Assembly (NCBI GenBank): GCA_038087875.1 | Contig: JAXLNO010000655.1 | Coordinates: 124,001 to 188,000, forward strand | Source of the DNA: Malacoraja senta | Taxonomy: Eukaryota | Direction: 5' to 3' | Length of the DNA: 64,000 nucleotides | In this document: piece after piece, positions 12,725 to 25,667 of the stretch | Layout: the number at the start of each line of letters is the position of its first letter | Position numbering within the stretch: position 1 is the stretch's first letter | Notes under the pieces: model-generated | Database searches by the model: none | Told to the model about the DNA's origin: nothing | Seen by the model: the letters and a program-made list of their open reading frames with translations, nothing else | Position numbers and translations under genes: made by a program

Positions 12725-15700
12725 ATTTTACTTTGGAGTCACGTGAGTGATTCCGTGAAGAAGCCCCGCCAGTCCGCATGCGTGTCATTATGTCATCCGC
12801 ACTGGCGAAGCACCGGACTGGCAGGCAACTCACTCCTGCCAGCGGTAAGTTTAAACCTGCAGGTAAGTTTTTAATACTTACCAGGTTGTGTCTTCTTACA
12901 GGAACCTCTTCTTACAGCGGTTTCCTGCTGGATATTGTAGCGCAGTCCGGTCGAGCCGCGGGGAAACCTGCTTTGGGCTGTGGGAAGACCCGGTCCAGAG
13001 CCGGCGGACGTCGGGTGCGCTACTCCAGCCGCTGACAGGGCGGTCAGCGGCTTCCAGACCGCTGTGGTTCCCGTGGAGGGGTAAGTCCTTGCGGTATCAG
13101 GGTGCCGACTGCACTGTGGCCAATCCTGGGGGGGGGGAAATCCACTCAAAAGCAAGCCCGTGGATCGGGCCAGGAGGATTCACCTCCCAATAAAAGCGAC
13201 GTCTGTGGACGTCTGGTAAAGATGGAGCACCTGATAGAAAGGATGCTCCATCACGACAGGCTCCAGGCTCCAGGAGGAGCTTTATATCCGTGAGGTCACC
13301 CCATGGGCCCGTGGCAGCAGCTTCAGGTAAGGGCTGTATAGGGAAGATCTGCTCCATGAAGAGGAGCTTTAAATCCACGGGTCCTCTTAGAGGCCCATGG
13401 CAGCAGCACCTGTAGACGGGCTGCATAATGTCTCCCTCATGGAGGAGGTTGAGCTTACCAGGGCAGTTTTGTTCTGACCCTGAGGTTGGAGGTATTGGAA
13501 AGCATACCCCAAGGCACAAAGCCAAGAAGGGCTGTTGAGCATAGCTCCAGCATGATATGCTCCAGCAGGAGGAGCTTTATATCCGCGGGTCTGTTGAAGG
13601 ATTGTCAGGAAAGAGCTCCTGATGGAAAGGATGTTCCATCACGATATGCTCCAGCAAAAGGAGCTTTATATTCGAAGGTCTCTCCGGGAGACTCTGGCAG
13701 CAGCACCTATAGAAGGATTGCATGATATCTCCCTCTTGGAGGAAGTGAACACACAAAGTCAGTTTGTTCTGACTCCGAGATCGAAGGTATAGCTGGTAAG
13801 CATACTACGAGGCAGGGGCCTGCGGCAGCACCTGTTCATGACTGTCCAAGAATCCCCTCTCTGTGAAAGAGAGTACAAGTGGTCAGTGTAACCAACTTCA
13901 AAATTCTAAAAGTATGTCTGTGGAACGTACTGGAATAAATGCGTATGGATTCAAGGGAGTCCTCGCAAACGAAGGTGGAGAATACCCGGAAGGGGCTAGA
14001 GTTCCCCTCATGCTATAAATGCCGGGAATAAACAACGCTTCAGGGGTGACCTTAAAATAAGCCGCTGAACCTTCTCTTGAGGTAAGACCTATTCAACAGG
14101 TAAAACCTGGATAAGGAAGCAAAGCTGTCGGACCAATCAAGGTACCAACAACGAGCAAAGCTTCATCGTTGCGGCCACAACACACCCCACGCCTTCGTTG
14201 GCATAAGCAGTTCACTGAAGTTGGTGGCAGCATGAAAGTTGGACAGAGGTCTTAAAATCCGAGACCCAAGTCGGGCTCAGGAAAAATATGGGACCATCTA
14301 CAAGTTGGTAATATTTACACTTGTTTGTACTAATGATAATGATAACATGTGTTTGGTTTATGTGTTGTATAAAAATAGCATTTTCCCTTGATAAGGATGG
14401 AAGGGGTCCTAGTGGCCTTACAACACACAAATGGTTGGCATCTAACCATGTAAAGCTGCACAATACTAAGGTTCCAAGCACAGAAATTGGGCCAGATTTA
14501 GTCTTTACAGGCAAGCTCAGAATTATGTCCAGAGCCGTCTTTCAAGGCAGGCTCAGTATTATGGCCAGGAATGGCTTTCAGGACTAGCTCGGAAAATGGG
14601 CCAGAGTTGTAGCTCGAGCAGGTACGGAATTCACAGGCGTGACCTGTTCATTGTGGAAAAGATGCAGAATGTCGTTTACTTCGCATCTGATTTCCTTAAG
14701 ATGCTCCCATTTACAGAGATCACCGTAGACATTTTGAAAATTATCTGGATAAGGCAATAATAAAACATTGCAAAATGGGTTACCTTCAGTTCCCAGGTTA
14801 TTTACCACTTTACTAAAACCAATGCTTGGACTGCTCAGAGCTAAAAAACATTTGTTATGTCTGGAGGATATTCTAACGCTGTATGTGGTTAAAAACAACA
14901 GTTTCAGCCTCAAACTATGTCAAGAAAATGAAGGTTATACCAATTAGATTTATTCATTATTGGGATTACTTTTAACCATTAATTAGCCTGTGACTCCGCC
15001 CTGGGGTAAGAGATTGGAATTAATAGGAGCCTAGAACAATCTTGTTGTGATAAAACAGCCTTCTATTCATTAAGTATAATTGGCAATATAGGGGCTGTAT
15101 TTCAGCTGTGCAGAGTGGTAATCTCAAATGCCATGTAGGTCTTGTGACAGACCTTATGCTATTACCAGCTGAAACTACCAAGGTCATTATGGTAGACGAA
15201 CAGTATTCAGCGTTGCTCCAGTAATCTGGCCAGTAAAATTTCAGTTATATTATAACTGATGGGGCTCTAAGGTGGAAAATTATGAATGCCATCTAGTTCA
15301 GAGGCACAGGAGATTTGCATCAATTAACAATTATTCAGTTCTTGGTATAAACTACCTATAGACACTAGGTGCATTCTATAGGTTAAAGGGTTATTGAGTG
15401 AATATGCATAATCTGCATGCTCAACGTGAAGTTGATACACTATGATGGTGGCGTATGTTAGACACATGGGTGCAATCAAGACAGAATATCCTGTAATAAT
15501 TTACCTAATTTACGTTGGAGTACCATCACGTATAATCAATGACAACACAAAATGGGTGCTGGATCACAAAGCATTTAATGAAATTATGGCTCGATGGAAT
15601 ACCGAATTGATATGTTTGTTTCCAGGCTCATTTACCGGTTGCAAAAATATGTGGCATAACATTGGCAAAAAATACACTCTCGCTACAAGGAGTAAGAAGT

Positions 15701-17337
15701 TATGTTTGTCTCCCTTCATTTTGCCTCATTATTCGGGTCTTGCAATAAAGTCAGCAAGATCCCGCTCCAGGTTGTCGTTCTGTCTGACTGACCTATGCAG
15801 CCATGCTTCCCGCTTAGTCGGGAATAATAATACAACCTTTTACAGTTATTCTTAACATAAAACTTGCCGGTTTAGCCTGTGGCTTGGGAAACCAGCCTCT
15901 GCATGAAAAATCAATTATTGACTTATAGATTCTGAGTGGACCGCTCCTGCGACTCGGATTGTCAGACCGATTCATGTATGTGCTTGCTGCAAATGCAGGG
16001 ATAGCACCAAGAAAGGAAAGCATTACATTTCCTCTTCAGGAGATGGGAAGTATTTTGTTTAAATACTTAAGTTACATCTAATACGGTACAGATAACTGAC
16101 GGCTTGGAGTTCGTTTCAAATGGGTCTTTGACAAAAAATTAAGTTATAGGACCATTAACTGTGCCCAACGTGCTTTCCCATCTTATTGGCTGCAGCAATA
16201 GGGACCCACTCTGGCGGGTTTCACCCTCTAATATCGAGTTATAAAGGATATCTTTCACACAAGTTCTCCCAGGACAAGCACAAGGCAGTATGGGATATTG
16301 ATGTGGTATTAACACTATTTCACCAGGGGGCTCCAGCTACATCCTTAGCTTGGCTCGGCTCTCATAAGGTAGTTATCCTCATGGCGCTGGTCTCTGCCAA
16401 CGGGTTCAGTCACTACATATTGTGACTGGATAGGATGGTTACATCTGCAAATAATATTATATTTTAATGTTTGATTAAGCAGAGTAGACATGAAGTCTCA
16501 AACTAGTTTCATGGCATACCTCATGAACCTTCGGTTATGGTCACACATATACAACAATACGTCAAGGTCACGAGGAGCTTAGAGGCTCTGAACTAGCAAT
16601 GTTTGTTAATTACAAAAAACTTTTAAAAAGGGTATTGGGTTGGACCATCCCCAGGTGATTGAAACAGGGTTTGGCTCACACAGGAGTAGATACTGATATA
16701 TTTTTCGAGTCTCACTCCACCAGGGCTGCTACAACATCAGCAGCAGGGGTTATGTACGTTCCGCTGGACCAAATCCTGGCGACTGCAGGATGGGCGAACG
16801 AACTTCTGAACATTTCATAATAACCTATGGCCAGACCAGGGGTATTTGCCAACTCTACTTAGGTTCAGTGGTTAGTTACTCCCGAATGAGAGGAGTTACT
16901 ATTATTTATTCATTATGAATGTTTCCCTCATCTGTCAATGAAGCAGCTGTGGTTGTGGAGACTTGTTTCTCACGGCATGAAATCACAGAGCTTTGAAATC
17001 TTCACAGAATCATTCACGTGACTCCGAAGTAAAATAGTAAGATTAAACGAGAACTTACCAGTTTGAAGTTTGATCTTTATTTTATGAGGAGTTATGGTAA
17101 GCGATTACGTGCCCACCGCTCCCTGCCCTCTCTTATAAAGATCACTCGGTAGTTCTAGACTTCTCTAAGTCTTACTATGTTACTTCGACTGCTGTTATCT
17201 GTGATTTCACACCGCTGCTTTGAAGATTGACACGCATGCGGACTGGCGGGGCTTCTTCACGTAATCGCTCACCATAACTCCTCATAAAATAAAGATCAAA
17301 CTTCAAACTGGTAAGTTCTCGTTTAATCTTACTATTT
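12725..17337 (+). mobile_element. DIRS1-type tyrosine-recombinase retrotransposon, copy 1 (heavily decayed ORFs)
   Basis: Left ITR (cgtgaagaagccccgccagtccgcatgcgtgtca) is inverted at 17228-17261. The internal complementary region (ICR) at 17000-17111 is complementary to both outer ends. RT remnant ...NGLPSVPRLFTTLLKP, YR remnants HSTRA (~16713) and AGW. Confidence 0.9.
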
Positions 17338-19302
17338 ATCTCATTGATGTGTGATTTACTTTTGTCTGCTTGTCTGAGACTATGTGCCTGTGATGCTGCT
17401 GCAAGCAAGAATTTTATTGTACCTGCACCTCACTGTACTTGCACACATGATGACAGAGTTGAACTTGAACAACAGACCTGACACAGGCAAACGGAACTTC
17501 CACGTCTGATGAGGTGAGGGAGTGGAGCCAGTAAAGGTGGGGAGAGGGTTTGAGGTGGGAGAGGAAGCTACGATGAGGGAGGTTTGGAGGGAGTGGGGCC
17601 AGTGGTGCTTGCTCTCCAGGTCACTAAAAATCTACAGGTGAACCCACCAGTTTGAGGGTTAAACTTTTTGTTGCATGCTAACCAGTCAGCAGAAAGACAA
17701 TACAGGATTACAATCAATCCATTTACAGTGTAGAGATACATGATAAGGGAATAACGTTTAGTGCAAGGTAAAGCCAGCAAAGTCCGGTCAAGGATAGTCT
17801 GAGGGACATCAAAGAGGTAGATAGTAGTTCAGCACTCCTCTCTGGTTGTGGTAGGATAATTCAGTTGCCTGATCACAGCTTGATACCAAATGTGATCCTA
17901 ATCAAAGTCCTATAAGGCTGCATCTTGACTTCCTGACCATGGGGGAAAGCAATCTACTCAACCTACCCCTCCCATCAGTGTGGAGAATGTAACCCACATT
18001 GTCCTTATGGAAGGGTTTCCTGGATCTAGACCCAGCAGTGATGCAGATCCAGTCAGATAGTGGTGACCCCATGTACATCCTGCTCTTGTTCCTATTGGTG
18101 TAGCGGTTGTAAGCTTGGGAAAAGAGGTCTGACCTGTAAATGCTAATCAACATTATTCTGTTTCGTCTAAGATTTCTGAGCAAAGTTTCTGAAAAATGTC
18201 TTCTGTAGATGCGCGTTAGAAGGCATCCGATTAGTTTAGTTTAAGAGTAAGGGGTAAGCCATTTAGAACGGAGATGAGGAAATACTTTTTCACAGTTGTG
18301 AGTCTGTGGAATTCTCCGCCTCAGAGGGCGATGGAGGCAGGTTCTCTGGATGCTTTCAAGAAAGAGTTAGATAGAGCTCTTACAGATAGCGGAGTCAAGG
18401 GAAACGGGGAGAAGGCAGGAATGGGGTGGATGATCAGCCATGATCACATTGAATGGCGGTGCTGGCTCGAAGGGCCGAATGGCCTACTCCTGCACCTATT
18501 GTCTAAGAGGTCCATCGCTCTACTAATCGCCTACACATAATTTTTCTCATCACCACTCTCCACACTGACTCTGTCTACACCACACTGCCTCGGGGAAGCA
18601 GTGTGGAAACGGGTCCATCGCCCACCCCCCCCCCCCCACCTCCCCCGAGTCAGCGCCGACCAACGATCACCCATACCCTATCCTACACACAATGGGCAGT
18701 TTACAGAAGCCAATTAACCCTCAAACCTACACATCTTTGGAAAGTGGGAGGAAACCGGAGCACCCAGAGAAAACCCACACGGTCACAGGGAGAATGACCA
18801 ACTCTGTAGAGACAGCACCCGTAGTCAGAATTGAACCCGGGTCTCTGGCGCTGTAAAGCCATCACTGTGTCGCCCCTTAATACATTCTATCCGGATGTAT
18901 CAGAGCTTGGTTTGGCAACCCACTGCCTAAGACCATAAGAAACTGCAGAGAGCTGTGGATATAGCCCAGCCAATCACATAGACAAGTCTACCCCACTATC
19001 AATTCCATCTACATTTCATGCTCCTTTGGGAAAGCAGCCAAAATAATCAAGGACATGTCCCACACTATTCATTCCTCCTTTTCCCCTCTCCAATCAGGCA
19101 GAAAATACTAAAGCTTGAAAGCTTGTACCACCAGATTCAAGAATATCTTCTTCTCTGCTGTTATCAAACTAATGAATAACCCTCACATAAGCTAGGAAGG
19201 ACCGTACTAATCCTCCAACCTACCTCATTGAGGACATTGAACTTTGCAACACTGTAACGCTATATTCTGCACTCTGGTATTTTCATCTTTGAACAACCTA
19301 TG

Positions 19303-19618
19303 CCACAGCATGGTGGCGCAGTGGTAGAGTTGCTGCCTTACAGCGCCAGAGGCCCGGGTTCGATCCTGACTACGGGTGCTGTCTGTTTGGAGTTTGTACG
19401 TTTTCCCCGTGACCTGCGTGAGTTTTCTCCAGGATCTCCAATTTCCCCCACACTCCATAGACATACAGGTTTGTGGGCTAGGTGGCTTGCTAAAAATTGT
19501 AAATTGTCCCCAGTGTGTGTAGGATAGTGTTAACGTGCAGGGATCGCTGGTCGCGGTGGACTCGGTGGGCTGAGGGGCCTGTTTCCACACTGTATCTCTC
19601 AATTAACTAAACTAAACT
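19303..19618 (+). mobile_element. tRNA-derived SINE (HE1/V-SINE type)
   Basis: Same consensus, intact B box GGTTCGATCCT. Confidence 0.82.
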
Positions 19619-19942
19619 ACTCGTGCACAAACTTGATTGTACTCATGTGTAATATGATTTGTGTAGGAAGGAACTGAAGATGCTGGTTTGAACCGAAGAT
19701 AGACACAAAAAGCTGGAGTAACTCAGCGGGACAGGCAGCATCTCTGGAGAGAAGGAATGGGTGACGTTTCAGGTCAAGACCCAAAGAAATGTCTGAAGAA
19801 GGGTCTCGATCTGAAACGTCACCCATTCCTTCTCTCCAGAGATGCTGCCTGTCCCACTGAGTTACTCCAGCGTTTTGTGTCAATCTATAGTATGATTTGG
19901 TTGGATAGCACGAAGGATTCTTTTTTCACTTACCTCAGTACA

Positions 19943-19944
<2 letters not shown>

Positions 19945-19982
<38 letters not shown>

Positions 19983-20230
19983 TCCTTACAATGCTATGTA
20001 CGGCAATGATTGCAACTTCTACTGAAGTGTAGACCGCCGTTGGCTCGCTAGGAGCTCATCCGCCCTTTGACAGGTCTTGTTTTTGGTCCTGCTGGGGGTC
20101 CACAGCCCCCTCCTCACCTGGCAAACCAGGTGGGGGAGACGGTTTAGTCGCCGACTATTCGACCATGGAGCAGGTAGCACGGGATTACATGGTACCCGTG
20201 GCGGGGGGGGGGGGGGGGAACTCCCCCCAA
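19945..20230 (-). mobile_element. Short non-tRNA retroposon with (TAA)n tail
   Basis: 11-bp TSD CTCAGTACACA at 19934-19944 and 20231-20241; (TTA)n on the plus strand at the left end. Confidence 0.7.
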
Positions 20231-22730
20231 CTCAGTACACAGGACAATAACAAACCAATACCATACCAATTACCTTATCACTGCAGCTCTTGCACAGCAG
20301 AATCTTTCAAGCTGATTGCATGCACTCTCAAGCACTCACAATAGAGACTGACACAAATGTCTCTAATTACATTCAATATTTGATTGGTGATGGAGTGTAG
20401 ATTATAATAGCAGTAAAACAACGCTGGATTGCTGAGATAACTGTAATACAATACACTTACAAGGCTGCCCGAAGATACAAAAACAGACGTGACAGGTTGT
20501 TGGAGGAGTTTAAGTGAGAAATCACAATGATAGTAAGTTTACCATTCCCACCACTGTAAGGTTAAGACCATTCTCAGCAGGGTATAGATCAGTTAGGTGT
20601 CTACACTCCATCTACCACTTCTCATACAGTTCTCCATCACTGCACAATCTGAAGAATGCTCCTGACCCAAAACATTGTCTGTCCGTTCCCTCCACAGATG
20701 CTTCATGACCCTCTGAATTACACCAGCAATTTGTGTTGTGCTCAAGATTCCAGCATCTGCAGTTTAGTTTTAGTTTAGTTCAGTTTAGAGATGCAGCGCG
20801 GAAGCAGGCCCTCCGGTCCACAGAGTCCGCGCAGACCAGCGATCCCCGCGCACTCACACTATCCCACACACACTAGGGACAATTTATAATTCTACCAAGT
20901 CAATTAATCTACAAACCTGTATGTCTTGGAGGAAGACAAAAATGTTGGAGAAACTCAGCGGGTGCAGCAGCATCTATGGAGCGAAGGAGATAGGCAACGT
21001 TTCGGGCCAAAACCCTTCTTCAGACTTGGAGGAAACGGGAGCACCCGGAGAAAACCCACTCAGTTCAAGGGGAGAACGTACAAACTCCGTACAGACCACG
21101 TCAGGATCAAGCCCGGGTCTCTGGCGCTGTAGGGCAGCAACTCATTCGCTGCTGAAACTCTCTGCTTCTTCCCCTCACGCAATGTTTCTTTAAACCGCTC
21201 CTTAAACCTGCATCTTCGAGCACCCTTTGGATTGTGCGTCATTGTGTCTCTCCGCCTGTCTCAGTGGCAAATTCTGATGTGATTGCTCCTGTGAAATGCT
21301 TTGGGATGTTACACTGCTACAGAGGTGCTCGATAATTGCAAGCTGTTGCTGTTGAGAACAGATGGACTGGAAGCTTCCTGCTGACATTGGAAGAGAATGG
21401 TTGGGACATTGGGACCTGGAATACGTTGGGACTTAGGAACAGGGGGGTTCAAGTCTCCTCAAGACTGAAGATAAGAACAGAAGAAGGTATGAGCAGGCGG
21501 AGGCCACTCAGACCTGCCCTATCATTCATTCTCTGATCTGCCTCATCACTTCATCTGTGCCAGTCCCCCATAGCCCTGACCTCCTCTTTAAAAACATCCA
21601 TTGAGCATGGCTCCGCAATACTCCGGGGTAGAGAATTCCAGACATTCACCACCCACACCCTGGAACGCTTCTTCCCCTCTGTTATCCAATGGTCCTTCCA
21701 CAGGCTAGGGTACTGTCCGATCTACCTCTACCGCATTGCGGCCATTGGACTTAGTGTCCATTGGAACTGATGTGTTACAATACCGAAAACAACATTCTCC
21801 ACTCTGGATTTTCTCCTAGTGTGGCTTTGATTGTATTTGGGTATAATATTATACATGGATATTTGAGTGGATATCTTGCAAAACAAAGCTGTACCTCTGT
21901 ACACATGATGATAATAAACCTAAACCAGAACCTAACCCTAAATTTAAACCTAAACATTGTGCACCTCTTTTCTCCTTAGCTCACAGCGCCAGGGATGCGG
22001 GTTCAATCCCAACCACGGGTGCTGTCTATACGGAGTTTGTACGTTCTCCCTGCGACTGTGTGGGTTTTTTCCGAGATCTTTGGTTTCCTCCCACACTCCA
22101 AAGACGTACAAGGTTTGTAGGCTAATTGGCTTGGTATACATGTAAATTGTCCCTAGTGTGTGTAGGATAGTGATAATGTGCGGGGTTCACTGGTCGGTGC
22201 AGACTCGGTGGGCCGAAGGGCCTGTTTCCGTGCTGTATCTCTAAACTAAAATAAACAAAAGCTGCTTCGCTCAGTCCGCCTGAACCAACCTGATCTCCCG
22301 GTTGCTGGACACTTTAATTCTCCTTCCCATTCCCACACAGACCTTTCTGTCCTAGGTCTCCTCCATTGTCAGAGTGAGGCTAAACGCAAATTGGAGAAAC
22401 AGCATCTCATATTTCGCTTGGGCAACTTACAGCCCAGAAGTATGATAATGATTTCTCTAACTTCAGAGGCCCCGGCATTCCTCCTCTCTCTATCCCTCCC
22501 CCACCCAAGTCACACTAGCTTGTCATTCTCACCTAACAAACAGCTAACAATGGCCTGTTTCCTTTGTCATCATTACTTTTTTGCAAATCTTTCATTCATT
22601 GTTCTTTGTTTCTCCACATCATCGTCTATATCTCTCGTTTCCCTTCTCCCTAACCAGACTGAAGAAGGTTCTTGACACGAAACGTCACCCATTCCTTTTC
22701 TCCAGAGATGCTCCCTGTCCCGCTGAGTTA

Positions 22731-22970
22731 AGGGCCTGTCCCACTTTCACGACCTAATTCACGACCTTTTTTACTCGTGGACATTTTTCATCATGCTAGA
22801 AAAACGCCCTGACCTAATTGATGCCACGAGTACCTGCGACTAGCATCACGACCTACCTACGACCTACCTATGACCTCCTACAACCTCCTACGACCTCGTG
22901 ACGACCATGCTGCGTCAAGGGCAAACTCGGCAGAGGTCGTGAATTAGGTTGTGAAAGTGGGACAGGCCCT
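22731..22970. mobile_element. PIF/Harbinger-like MITE (240 bp)
   Basis: TIR AGGGCCTGTCCCACTTTCAC...GTGAAAGTGGGACAGGCCCT with a perfect TTA TSD, splitting the repeat motif gag-TTA-ct. Confidence 0.88.
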
Positions 22971-23536
22971 TTACTATAGCTTTTTGTGTCTTTCTGCTGT
23001 TTGCTATATCTCGGTACTCATAACAATAATAAACCTAATCTTAAAACATTGCTAAATTCCAAGATAATGTGCAAGCATCTCTATATCCTGTAAGTAAAGT
23101 TAATTCATCATGACACGTGGCTTGAAAAATATATTGTCTTGGGTCTAATAAAGGTGGCTGTCTTACATTGACTACCCAGAGAGTTGAAGCAATAATTAGT
23201 AACTTCAACTTCAAATCCCATCGCAACAGTTGGGGAATTAAGGTCTGTTAATTAAATAGGTTTAATAGAAATCTAGTAATAGTAACAGTGGCCAGGAAAT
23301 GTCTGAGAAACCTACATGGCTCACTAATATTTCCAAAGGAAGAAAATCTGGCATCGTTATTTATCTGGTTCGTATGTGACTCAGGACAGTGGTTGATTAT
23401 TTGTGACCCTCTTACAATGGCCCAGCAAGTCACCCAATGCTGCCCAGTTAATGCCAGTGACAGCCATATATAAAAAAGTACAACTGTTTCTCTCTCTATT
23501 CCATGTCAATGTAGAAAGGGTATACGAATGCCCAGT

Positions 23537-23834
23537 GGGCGGCACGGTGGCACAGCGGTAGAGTTGCTGGCTTACAAAGCCAGAGACCCGGGTTCGATAC
23601 TGACTAAGGGTGCTGTCAAAACAAATTTTGTACGTTCTTCCCGTGACCTGCATGGGTTTTCTCCAGGATCTTTGGTTTCCTCTGACGCTCCAGAGACATA
23701 CAGAGTTGTTGGTTAATTGGCTTGGTATAATTGTAAATTGTCCCCAGTGTGTGTACGATAGTGTGTGTGTGCGGGGATCTCCGCGGATTTGCTGGGCCGA
23801 AGGGGCGCTGTATCTCTAAAACTAAAAACTAAAA
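23537..23834 (+). mobile_element. tRNA-derived SINE (HE1/V-SINE type)
   Basis: Same consensus. Confidence 0.82.
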
Positions 23835-25667
23835 CGTATCTCCTCATCCCTCGGAAAGTGGCCATAAGTTCCGTGATCAGCTTGTACAGTGGAACGTGGT
23901 GGCCACGGAGCACGGGAACAGACAGGCAGCAGCTCGAGACGAGGGACGGTGTGTTTGCGGTGGTCGTGCGACCTGGTGTTGGCGGAGGCGGCTGCGGGAG
24001 AAGCCGCAGCAGTGGGGCGAGCGAGTGGATGGAGCGCAGCCAGGGCCAGTTTCACAGAGGAGCTGAAGGCATCACACTGGGTCAAATCATTCCCTATCTC
24101 ATTGATCTAGTGCTCCCCTGAACACTGGGCTTTAAAGTGAGGACATAACAACTTGCACACCTCCTTGTGTCATGATCGGACTTTTCAAAGACTTGGTAGT
24201 TGCAAGATGGCACCAGATGTTGGCAACTCTTCGAGTGCTGTTCCAAAATCAATTGAGGATCGTTTGTGCTCACGCATGGTATGATTTGAAAGGATAGTAG
24301 GCAGAACAAGCGTTTTACTGTTTCACTCTACATGTGACAATAAGTAAACTAAACTAAATTAAACTGGACTAGATAGTAAGAAATGTTTCCCCAAGGCAGA
24401 GATGTCGAATACCAATTGGGCTAGGTTGAAGGTGAGGAATTAAAAGTTTAGAGAGGATCTGAGAAGGAATTTATCTTTCACCAAGAGAACAGTTGGATTC
24501 TTTTACACCCTCTGACCTTTGACAGTCTGCCATGACGAAAAGGTTTCTTATTATCAAACCTTTTAAAAATATTTATTGAACCTATTGGGGCCTCATTGAA
24601 ACTTACCGAATAGTGAAAGGTCTGGATGGAGCGAATGTGAAGAGGATGTTTACACTAGTGGGAGAGTCTAGGACCAGAGGCCATAGCATCAAAATAAAAG
24701 GACGCACCGTTAGAAAGGAGATGAGGAGGAATTTCTTTAGTCAGAGGGTGGTGAATCTGTGGAATTCCTTGCCACAGACGGCTGTGGAGGCCAAGTCAAT
24801 GTAATTTTTAAGGCGGAGAATGACAGATTCTTGATTAGTACGGGTGTCAGGGGTTATGGGGAGAAGGCAGGAGAATGAGGGTTGAGAGAGAAAAATAGAT
24901 CAGCCATGATTGAATGATGGAGTAAACTTGATGGGCTGAATGGCCTAATTCCGCTCCTGGAACTTATGAATTTATGAACTATTTACATTGACATGGAAGA
25001 GGGAAGAATATTTTGAATGTTTAGGTTATTTATTGTCATGTGCACAGAGATACAGTGAGAAGTTTGTTCTGCAAGATATCCAGACAAATCATACTACACA
25101 TGTGCACCACAGATTCTCTTCTGGATCAACATGCAGAATTGCCACGTTCTTTCACCTTTCAAGTCTCTGAAAAGTCTGATCTTGGCCCAAGAAGATATGA
25201 GATTTCTTATATTCTTACTTTAAGACCCGTCGTCCTGGCGGCACTGTATCGGTGAAGTCAGGGTCGGTCTGGCCCCAGCGTGGTGCAGTCGTCGGGTTCC
25301 ACCGCTGTTCCGTGCAGCTGCCACAGGCCGTGCTTGATCCGCCCGCTCACCCGGCTGCTGCAGGGTCTCCACCAAGACCACGACCCGTGACCACAACTGT
25401 GCCACCCGTCGCCTCCAGCAGCCGCTCTCCGCTTCCCCGCAACGCGGTCGCCATGTGCCGCTTCCCCAGCCGACAACAGAACCTCAGGGCGCTTTCTGAA
25501 GGCGTGGGATTAGTAACAACAAAGATGGTGGAAGCAGATCCTACTGCAACACTGGAGGAGTATTATGAAGACTGCTTGGATCGCCAAGGAAGGCATGGGC
25601 CAATTGCTGATAAATGGGATTAACAGACATAGGTCAGCACGGACAAGGTGGGCCGAAGGGCCTTTTG

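Noticed and set aside
17568..17625. Minus-strand peptide TGPTPSKPPSS* resembling synaptotagmin C-terminal tails
   Set aside because: It lies upstream of the C2B exons, is low complexity, and has no convincing in-frame acceptor.
12481..17860. Similar ~180-bp direct repeats (12481-12660, 17660-17860) flanking DIRS copy 1, resembling LTRs
   Set aside because: The same sequence occurs at ~26911-27076 and ~59170-59710. It is a dispersed Rex1-type 3' UTR with no TG..CA ends or TSD.
22840..22905. Short ACGACCT tandem units resembling an array
   Set aside because: They are internal subrepeats of a MITE with no spacers, so not CRISPR-like.
25630..25660. TCAGCACGGACA, reminiscent of a REST/NRSE site
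   Set aside because: The spacing is wrong, and the sequence is part of the common CR1/SINE tail.
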